This document shows, one piece after another, positions 40,300 to 50,466 of a stretch of DNA of 64,000 nt. The notes beneath the pieces were generated by a model. That model searched no databases. It was not told where the DNA came from and worked only from the letters and a program-made list of their open reading frames with translations. Position numbers and translations under genes: made by a program. The stretch is from Euprymna scolopes. Its lineage: Eukaryota. Numbering within the stretch: the first letter of the stretch is position 1; every line of letters begins with the position of its first letter. Location of the stretch: the NCBI GenBank assembly GCA_053919585.1, contig CM132807.1; one strand, 5' to 3'.

Positions 40300-40387
40300 C
40301 ACGATTAACACCAGTCGAACGATTCGAACCCCGCTAATATATATATATATAAAGTTCACTTAATAAATAAAATAATGCATCACTTAC

Positions 40388-40497
40388 TTCAAATTTGCCG
40401 ACAAAGCAAGTTGAGTAATTCGTCCATTGCTCGTTTGTTTCTGGATGAGTGGCCCATGTAGCATTCTTACGGCAAATGTTCGTCACATAAATTCCCT
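40388..40497 (-). CDS. Class B GPCR (calcitonin-receptor-like) exon, end of the hormone-binding domain
   Basis: tttccttttgtag|...|gtaagt boundaries. 110 bp, phase 1 to 0, in frame with the upstream exon: (E)GIYVTNICRKNATWATHPETNEQWTNYSTCFVGKFE, matching C...W..HP.....W.NY..C of calcitonin-type receptors. Confidence 0.92.
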
Positions 40498-40799
40498 CTA
40501 CAAAAGGAAATGAAAAAATATTTCATAAGAATTTTTCCATTATTATCCATACTTGCGTGGATGTATACCACAACGCATTTATTTTAAAAGTCCGTTACAT
40601 ATATCATGATAAGATGAAACATTATTTTAGTATATGAGAGAAGATATAACAAAAATGGCTAAATATATCAATCCTGAATAGACAGCTAAACAATATTTTC
40701 GAGTATAGATGTTGATAAATGATCTCTATCCTAACAGATATGATAAATAATAACGGTTACCTAACATTGATGTATGAAATTACTGTCTGGTGAGGCTCT

Positions 40800-41040
40800 A
40801 TTGGTTTATGATCCGCACCCATTAAAGCGTCTCAAGTACCGACCTAGCTACTATACCTGTAAATAGTTTCCTTTCTTACACTGCGTACTGAAAAGCAAAC
40901 AAAACTTTTTCCCATCCCGAAACTACAATACGACGAAACGCCTTCTTTGCGAACTACAAAATCAAGCTCTTCAAGTCTAATGTCAACAAATACTTGTTGA
41001 TCCATTCCTCGAAGCAATACAATTGTTGATAATAACACCC
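40800..41040 (+). mobile_element. Decayed 3' end of a CR1-type LINE
   Basis: NFFP and KLFKSNVNKYL resemble NFFPRT...QKFKCNVNRHL at the end of the 54887-56290 LINE. Confidence 0.35.
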
Positions 41041-42282
41041 ACTGTTTTCAAGACTCTAGTTGTATTGTGCTACATCCAACATAAGCGATCTCATTAATTT
41101 TTTCTCCGATTGGTCGGTGCGGCTTGAAAACGATATTTACATTTTTCTATTTAAAATCTTAATAACTGCATGAAAGATCACCTCAAATATTAAAGTAAAA
41201 ATAAAGTCAATTCATTAATCATCTCACAATATGAATCATGATTTAAGAAATGTTGTAATGTTACTATAATAAGTTAGGTACAAAACGTTTTCAAAGGTTT
41301 AGTTTGAAAATGTACTACTCAATTTTTATTTGATAAGCTAAAGCTGCCCTGTCTAATGTATTTTTCCTTTTGTGTTTTTCTAGTTTTTGTGAATTGAACT
41401 GCAGTGTCGGGATGGACAGCATATTTGAAGAAAATGTCGTCTCATATAAATTGCATTCTGTCTCAATAAGCAAAGTGTGCTTCCACTGTGTCGACGATCG
41501 AAACATCGCTGTTCTACGTCATTGGTTGTGCAGAGGTATGAGACAGAAAACCAGTGTTGCATCTGAATATTTTATATGAATTATTATCTAATATGCACCA
41601 AATTCTACTGAAGTTTCAGACATCTTCAAATCGTCTGAGACTGAGTGAAAAGTACTTTTTGTTTTATCAAATATTTAACCCTAAAAATAAGCAAATATTT
41701 TTTATATTTAGATGTTTTGACTGCAGTTATATCAACCCTCCTATATTTTGTTGTTCAAATCTTTTGTTTATGCTTTTATGTATCATCTCTTCTGTATATT
41801 GTTTCATACAGAAATACTAGTGTTATAATTTAAATAATCTAGAATTGCACTCCTTCTTACCATTTCTCTTATCGTCTCAGGTGGTATAGTATATACTATC
41901 ATCAGCACCGATCTCCTCATCGCCAATTACGTCTCAAACACACTTTTTGAATTCTAAAGAATGTATTTCCATTACAATTACATGGCCTCCGTCGTAAATA
42001 GGAAGGCGGATTAAAATTAATTCTTACCAGAATAGTTTTGTAATAAACAGTCTGATTGTTATACAATGGCTTGACTCTTTTCCTCATGAAACACCCTCTA
42101 AGCTTCCGGTTCATTTTTTCGCATTCAATTCCATCCATAAAACCTTTATTGGTGTCTGCTCCCAGTTATCGCATCCATACAGATATTTATGACTTTCTAA
42201 TTCTATTGCTTTCTTCAAGTCGATTCTATATACTGATTATTATGGTACCTACAAAATCGGTTGGAATTATATAACTATGTTT

Positions 42283-42447
42283 TCCTCATTTCGTAAATCA
42301 ATAACGTGATATTGTTTAAAACTAATCATTTCGTAAAACAACGTGATGTTGTTTTAAACTAATCATTTCGTAAAACAATAAAGCGATATTTTTTAAAACT
42401 AATCATTTCGTAAAACAATAACGTGATATTGTTTTAAACTAATCATT
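42283..42447. repeat. ~40-bp tandem repeat, about 4 copies
   Basis: AAACTAATCATTTCGTAAAACAATAACGTGATATTGTTTT repeated. Confidence 0.85.
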
Positions 42448-43237
42448 GCTTTTTCGTTAATGTCATTGTTTTGTGGAGCGACAATAAAACTTCAATACTT
42501 TAAAATTTGAAAATGGCGAAAGGAAGAAACGTGTCATTTATCCGATTCTTTGAAATATCAAAATAAAAGAAAATCCTTCACTCATTAAAATAAAGCGAAA
42601 TGATTTGAATTCAAATAAAATTTTATTATTAATAATAGAATTTCTGGTATTTGCTTCCATATAACCCCCTCCCTCAAAAATAAAAGGATTGAATATCAAG
42701 TAGGCTGATATAGTACCACAGAATAGATTCTACATTAATCCTCCATTTCTGTAAGATGGATATCATGACTAACAATACCATACTATTAAACCAAAAGGTA
42801 TGAGATTTCCTGAGATGATAGTCTCATGATATATACTACAATATCATCATAAAAGAGGGTGAGAAAATGATATCATCACAACGGAACTTATACTACACTA
42901 TCGTCCCAAATACAAAGGTAATAACCGAGTGAATGATCTCATAATAACAGAACATATACTTAAATATCATCCCCAAAGAAGAGTATAATTCCAGGGAAGA
43001 TGGTTTCATAACAATGGAAAATATATTACACCACCGCCAAAAAATGTGTTTATCCCAATTGAATGGCGGCATAACAACAGAAAATATACTTTCTCCAACA
43101 GTAGGAGATAATGCATGAAAGGAAGGTATACTAACAACATAACTGATATTAGACTTGAATTAAGAATTGAAAGGTAACTAATTAGTTTGATAGAGAAGCA
43201 CAGTAAATAAAGCATTAAAATATAGTACAAATACTCA

Positions 43238-43303
<66 letters not shown>

Positions 43304-43370
43304 TCTTCTATGTGATTAATCGAAATATCTTTAAGGAATTGAAATAATCCAAAGTCGATTTTTTTCTTAC

Positions 43371-43752
43371 CGTTGTCATCCGGAAATGAAACATAAGCCG
43401 GGCATTTCCGGACGACCGACTCGCCTGCCGGCGTACGTTCCCAACAGCTGAAACCATCCCAGTTGTGGTCGCAATGATTTCTCTCGGACAGCGTTTCATT
43501 CTGTTCCATTTCTATGGCTTCTTTCTCCTTTTGTAATTTGCAGCATTTTTCGCCGTTTTGTCTACAACTCTTCCAAGAGTTGCACTCCGATTCTGACAAC
43601 ATCATGCAACTCTCCTTACCAGGAGCAACTTTGTGTTTCCGAAAGAGGAAATAGAAACAGCTGAAACTAATAACACTTTTAAATTCTTCTATTGGAAGAT
43701 TATTATCTTTGTATCGACAGGTATCCGTTGTGAATGCAGTAACAAACGACAT
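43371..43752 (-). CDS. Class B GPCR exon: cysteine-rich N-terminal extension and first part of the hormone-binding domain
   Basis: catttttcag|ATG...AAC G|gtaaga boundaries, 382 bp. Contains CDHNWDGFSCWERTPAGESVVRKCPAY (class B CxxxWDGxxCWxxxxxGxxxxxxCPxY signature). Confidence 0.93.
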
Positions 43753-44832
43753 CTGAAAAATGAAGGAAATTAAAATTAAATTAACAGAAATAAATTCGAC
43801 ATGTCATTAAGCAATCGCAACCACTTAATTGTTCATAAACTCTGAACATTTTTGTATGAATTTTCACCAGAAAAAAATACAAAATGGGTCTACACATTTT
43901 TTGTGAAGTTTTCTGTTCGTATGCAGATGGGATTGGTTGAACACATGAATAGGCTGAGTACACATTACTACGACGCTGGTTTTACGTTTCAGTACCCGAG
44001 TTCAAATCTCGCTTTAATCTAAATATTTTTTCATAACTGAATATGGGCTTACAAATGTATAGAAATTAACAAAACAACAAAAAGGATGACATGAATATTT
44101 TAAAAGACTAACCCCCAGAAAGTAGACGTAACGGGTATTCAACATTTATTCAAAGGGATTTTTGATTAAAATTAAAATATTGAATATCTTTTGCCGAAGC
44201 ACAATATGAAAATACGTCCATTGTAGTTACGTAATCTCTTACATAAATATTAAGTAATGTAATTGTCCATAGAATTTCACAAATGAAACAAGCTGTACAG
44301 CTGGAAATGAACATACACCACTAAAAGTATTATATAATATTGTAGAATATTTAAAGAAGGAATTAGACGAATTTCAGAATTAAAGGGCATATATTGGATG
44401 ATTATCCAGGGAAACATTTAACCGAATTTAATCCGTTCATGCCGCAGAAATAGTGGAAATGCTTGTGCAAAAGTAATCAGGATAAATTAGCAGAAAAGTA
44501 GATAAAAATGCTTTAAACACATATCAAAGAACTAATAGATATTTTCCAACCCATGTGTAAAACAGCGTTCAAGGAATGTGAGAACTAAATGATAAAATAA
44601 GGAAAGCGAGAATTAAGATAAAAAGTAAACCTAAAGTCAACTTGCTAGTGAAAAAGTAATGATCAACGGCTTTTGCAATAATGCAGTCATTTGCTATTGA
44701 TTTTAAACAACGTGGAGATTACTGATAGAATCTAAGGAGATTTAAACTTAGAATCTAGAGAACGCCATTATTTATTATCATTGATGATCATATTTGTGAG
44801 AACGTTTAATGATAAATCGTAACAACAACAAC

Positions 44833-44880
<48 letters not shown>

Positions 44881-45107
44881 TAGCTAACTTAAAAAATGTA
44901 TTAACAATAACAAAATATTATGATAAAAATAATTTTATTATTTTAGTCACTCATAGGATATTTGATGCAGGCTTTAATATTTTAAAGGAGCAAAAAAATG
45001 TATTTATTAGTCAGTTTTTGTTAATAAAATCTAATAAAGAATTCCACAGAACTTTTTTCGGGAAAAACTAATTTATTTTATAAGACGCATATCATACTTA
45101 TCTCCAT

Positions 45108-45610
45108 CATTTATTAACATATAAGTGTTTAATTTATTAATATATAAGTGTTTAATTTATTTATATATAAGTGTTTAATTATTAAACATATACGTGTTTA
45201 ATTTATTAACATATAAGTGTTTAATTTATTAACATATAAGAGTTTAATTTATTAACATAAGTGTTTAATTTATTAACATATAAGTGTTTCGTTTATAAAC
45301 ATATAAGTGTTTCATTTATTAACATATAAGTGTTTAATTTATTAACATATAAGAGTTTAATTTATTAACATAAGTGTTTAATTTATTAACATATAAGTGT
45401 TTCGTTTATTAACATATACGTGTTCAATTTATTAACATATAAGTGTTTAATGTATTAACATATATGTGTTTCATTTATTAAAACATAAGTGTTTCATTTA
45501 TTAACATATAAGTCTTTAATTTATTTACATATAAGTGTTTAATTTATTAATATATAAGTGTTTAATTTATTTACATATACGTGTCTAATTTATTAAACTA
45601 TGAGTGTTTA
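45108..45610. repeat. 23-bp minisatellite (TTTAATTTATTAACATATAAGTG)
   Basis: About 22 tandem copies, some with 2-bp deletions. Confidence 0.92.
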
Positions 45611-45942
45611 TACGTATAACATTTCAAGACGATGTTTATAAAATTCGAATAAAAATCTTTCCTAAATTTAAGTTAAAAATACATATACAATCAGAGCTTC
45701 AACGTTTTGCAAATAAAACACTAATCCAAAGTGCTCTGGTCAACATTTTATTGTAGAATAAAGACTGAAATCAAATAAAGAGGAAATATGCGTGAATAAT
45801 TCGCAAATCAAAAAATATTTCACTAAACTTTATAAATTCATTAAAAGTTTTTGATTAAGATCTGTTATCTTCTGTTTATCTTACTCTTAACATGCAACCA
45901 TTGTTCCTATTATATGGTTAATCGATATCCATTATTTTAACT

Positions 45943-48598
45943 TTTAGACGATGGGCCAGACCTTAGTAGTTTTCGGTATTTAAGGCGATGGGTCAGACCT
46001 TAGTAGTTTTTGGTATTTTAGACGATGGGCCAGACCTTAGTAGTTTTCGGTATTTTAGACGATGGGTCAGACGTTAGTAGTTTTCGGTATTTTAGACGAT
46101 GGGTAAGCCCTTAGTAGTTTTCGGTATTGTAGACGATGGGTCAGACCTTAGTAGTTTTCGGTATTTAAGGCGATGGGTCAGACCTTAGTAGTTTTCGGTA
46201 TTTGAGACGATGGTCAGACCTTAGTAGTTTTCGGTATTTTAGACGATGGGTCAGACCTTAGTAGTTTTCGGTATTTTAGACGATGGGTCAGACCTTAGTA
46301 GTTTTTGGTATTTTAGACGATGGGCCAGACCTTAGTAGTTTTCGGTATTTTAGACGATGGGTCAGACGTTAGTAGTTTTCGGTATTTTAGACGATGGGTA
46401 AGCCCTTAGTAGTTTTCGGTATTGTAGACGATGGGTCAGACCTTAGTAGTTTTCGGTATTTAAGGCGATGGGTCAGACCTTAGTAGTTTTCGGTATTTGA
46501 GACGATGGTCAGACCTTAGTAGTTTTCGGTATTTTAGACGATGGGTCAGACCTTAGTAGTTTTCGGTATTTTAGACGATGGGTCAGACCTTAGTAGTTTT
46601 TGGTATTTTAGACGATGGGCCAGACCTTAGTAGTTTTCGGTATTTTAGACGATGGGTCAGACGTTAGTAGTTTTCGGTATTTTAGACGATGGGTAAGCCC
46701 TTAGTAGTTTTCGGTATTGTAGACGATGGGTCAGACCTTAGTAGTTTTCGGTATTTAAGGCGATGGGTCAGACCTTAGTAGTTTTCGGTATTTGAGACGA
46801 TGGTCAGACCTTAGTAGTTTTCGGTATTTTAGACGATGGGTCAGACCTTAGTAGTTTTCGGTATTTTAGACGATGGGTCAGACCTTAGTAGTTTTTGGTA
46901 TTTTAGACGATGGGCCAGACCTTAGTAGTTTTCGGTATTTTAGACGATGGGTCAGACGTTAGTATTTTTCGGTATTTTAGACGATGGGTCAGACGTTAGT
47001 AGTTTTCGGTATTTTAGACGATGAGTCAGCCCTTAGTAGTTTTCGGTATTTTAGACGATGGGTCAGAACTTAGTAGTTATTGGTATTTTAGACGATGTGT
47101 CAGACCTTAGTAGTTTTCGGTATTTTAGACGATGGGTCAGACCTTAGTAGTTTTCGGTATTTTAGACGATGGGTCAGACCTTAGCAGTTTTCGGTATTTT
47201 AGACGATGGGACATACCTTAGTAGTTTTCGGTATTTTAGACGATGGGTCAGACCTTAGTAGTTTTCGGTATTTTAGACGATGGGTCAGACCTTAGTAGTT
47301 TTCGGTATTTTAGACGATGTGTCAGACCTTAGTAGTTTTCGGTATTTTAGACGCTGGGTCAGACCTTAGTAGTTTTCGGTATTTTGGACGATGTGTCAGA
47401 CGTAGTAGTTTTCGGTATTTTAGACGATGGGTCAGACCTTAGTAGCTTTCGGTATTTTAGACGATGAGTCAGACCTTAGTATTTTTCGGTATTTTAGACG
47501 ATGTGTCAGACCTTAGTAGTTTTCGGCATTTAAGACGCTGGGTCAGACCTTAGTAGTTTTGGGTATTTAAGACGATTAGTCAGACCTTAGTAGTTTTTGG
47601 TATTTTAGACGATGGGTCAGCCCTTAGTAGTTTTCGGTATTTAAGACGATTAGTCAGACCTTAGTAGTTTTTGGTATTTTAGATGATGGGTCAGACCTTA
47701 GTATTTTTCGGTATTTTAGACAATTGGTTGGACCTTAGTAGTTTTCGGTATTTTAGACGATGTGTCAGACCTTAGTAGTTTTCGTTATTTTAGACGATGG
47801 GTCAGACCTTAGTAGTTTTCGGTATTTTAGACTATGGGTAAGCCCTTAGTAGTTTTCGGTATTTTAGACGATGGGTCAGCCCTTAGTAGTTTTCGGTATT
47901 TCAGACGATGGGTCAGACCTTAGTAGTTTTCGGTATTTTAAACGATGAGTCAGACCTTATTAGTTTTCGGTATTTTAGACGATGTGTCAGACATTAGTAG
48001 TTTTCGGTATTTTAGACGATGTGTCAGACCTTAGTAGTTTTCGGTATTTTAGATGATGTGTCAGACCTTAGTAGTTTTCGGTATTTTAGACGATGTGTCA
48101 GACCTTAGTAGTTTTCGGTATTTTAGACGATGTGTCAGACCTTAGTAGTTTTCGGTATTTTAGACGATGTGTCAGACGTAGTAGTTTTCGGTATTTTAGA
48201 CGATGTGTCAGACCTTAGTAGTTTTCGGTATTTTAGACGATGTGTCAGACCTTAGTAGTTTTCGATATTTTAGACGATGTGTCAGACCTTAGTAGTTTTC
48301 GGTATTTTAGACGATGTGTCAGACCTTAGTAGTTTTCGGTATTTTAGACGATGTGTCAGACCTTAGTAGTTTTCGGTATTTTAGACGATGTGTCAGACGT
48401 AGTAGTTTTCGGTATTTTAGACGATGTGTCAGACCTTAGTAGTTTTCGGTATTTTAGACGATGTGTCAGACCTTAGTAGTTTTCGGTATTTTAGACGATG
48501 TGTCAGACGTAGTAGTTTTAGGTATTTTAGACGATGTGTCAGACCTTAGTAGTTTTCGGTATTTTAGACGATGTGTCAGACCTTAGTAGTTTTCGGTA
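45943..48598. repeat. 37-bp minisatellite (TTAGACGATGGGTCAGACCTTAGTAGTTTTCGGTATT), about 72 copies
   Basis: Head-to-tail units without spacers. 295-bp higher-order repeat on the left; TGTGTCAG variant dominant on the right. Confidence 0.97.
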
Positions 48599-48599
48599 T

Positions 48600-50400
48600 C
48601 AGAAGGATAAAGCAGATATTCAGAGTTTCATGCAGACAATTGAGTCTATGCAAAATCCATTTTCATATTATAAAAAAGAATTAACATTTCATCAGGTCAA
48701 GTAGCAGCATCTGAAATTAAAGATGCCATTTTGACAGCACATGCAAGGTTGTAATATTTCAAAGTTTGTTCAACAACGAATAATTTTTAAAAATAGGGAA
48801 TTGAATGCACCAATAAAATCAATTAAAATAAAAACTTTTAGCTATCTTGACAAAAACAAAACATTTACAACAAAAGAGCAAAAAAAAAGCAGATAAAGAC
48901 CTTTATCTGATTGAAAGCAAATAAAGACCTTCTCACTAGGCTTCTTATAGTAGCAAGAACCCGAAAAGTTGATCTGGGAGAAATCTTTTCACATTGTCTT
49001 TCAGGGTTCCCAACCAGCCTAAGTAACCTTGATGGTTTTTTAGTGTACCAACTAAACGGTTTAATTTCATTATCTTCTTGTAAAGTTTCCTGATATAAAA
49101 ATTAATAATATTCCAAAAAATGCAGCACTGATTTAAGATGAACTAGCAGTGACACAACCGCTTTCAAACCACGTTCCATCAAAGTTTAGTGGGCTAAGCA
49201 TCTATATTTTTAGATATGTAATTAAGCTTGATTCTTTTTATATGTGACCAGGAGTCGACATTGTTTGTGATAAGTATAATCCATGGAGTATTAAAGACGC
49301 TGCAAGAAGACGCTGTTTGATTCCCCCACCCCTCTCTTGCGTGCTCTGAATGAAAAACAAAAAACACCGATAGAATTTCGAAAATTCTTTATGTCTGGCA
49401 ACAATAAAGAATCTCTAATTTTATTTATGTTGATGCATTGGAAGAAATTGCCAGCAGAAGAATTTCACGGAAAAAGTGTGATTGCTGGATTTAGCCAAGG
49501 ATGTTTCATGTTGTGTCCTCATAGTGACACGAATGATGTAATCACAGAAACTTTGACAGAAGTAAGAACTGCCCATGAAGAAACATAATTAAGACTTCAG
49601 ATACGGATGTTTTTCTTCTCTGCCTTGCTCAACAAAATGATTTAAACTCTGATTTATATATGGCAACTAATACCAGCCGATCATCTTGTTTGCTCTCTAT
49701 TAAATCAATTGCAAGGAAATGCGAACTTGCTATTTCAAGTGCCTTACTTTCTTTGCATGTATTTACTAAACTATAATTCATGAAAATAAAACCATTTGAA
49801 TGAAAAAAAACAGAAGTCCTTCAAACTTTCACACTGTTAGGTTGCAACTGACACCTGGCAGACAATTTGTTCCAGAAAAAAGAAAAATGTGTGTGCGCTG
49901 TCTTTGGACAGAGACATGTTTGTTCTCTTAATACTTCCCGTTTTTATATTTTTTCACGTGACTGGAAAATTTGATAATACTTTACCACCTTGTCAAAATA
50001 GTTTACGATTACATGAAGAAACACCAAATTATCAGGTTGCTATTTGGCGGCAACATCTTTGCATTAATATTAATGCTCCTTCTCCCACAAACCATGGCTG
50101 GAAATGTGAAGATAAAGCACCATTTATTTTTATTGGAGCAAACTTCCAAAAATTCCATCAACAGTAATCAACTTAGTAAAGTGTAACTGCAAGGACAGCT
50201 GTGACTCGTTGTTCTTGTGTTCGTCAAATACTGCCTTGTACCGACCTTTGCCAGTGTGTAGATTGTTTTAATGTAGTTAAAAAATAATGAAATGCAGCAG
50301 TTCGATGAGATAGAAGATTCTGACGCCTTTAATGGCGAATGATAAAATGAGTTTTCAGGATTAGAGGACAATCAATTATTTTAACATTTCTTGTCTAAAT
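48600..50400 (+). mobile_element. Degenerate Academ (AcademX-type) transposon ORF: XPG-like nuclease plus Cys-rich finger
   Basis: KDKADIQ...QNPF, FFMSGNNKESL, TAHEET and DTDVF (HEEAD/DTDV-like), LPPCQNSLRLH..TPNYQVAIW...PTNHGW, and KCNCKDSC..RCSCV...LPCTDLCQC across frameshifts, followed by an acidic tail. XPG plus Cys8 is the described Academ architecture. Confidence 0.7.
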
Positions 50401-50466
50401 ACATTACTTCATAACAATTTTTAAAATATAACTGAGAAAAAAATACCATATTATTTTATATATATA

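Larger units (their letters stand above)
39878..40334 (-). mobile_element. Retrozyme-like partial tandem (344-nt unit) with two hammerheads and a tRNA-like Pol III head
   Basis: ~110-bp direct repeats (39878-39990 and 40224-40334), each carrying CTGAAGA...GAAACACTAGTGTC on the minus strand. A box and B box lie between them. Flanked by (TA)n on both sides. Confidence 0.85.

Noticed and set aside
43006-43370. Poly-Ile/hydrophobic C-terminus of the 248-aa ORF as a membrane anchor
   Set aside because: Read-through past a strong donor into an (ATA)n microsatellite. The spliced frame continues properly at 40497.
45943-48598. CRISPR array (37-bp repeat)
   Set aside because: Units are contiguous with no unique spacers, there are no cas genes, and the context is eukaryotic.
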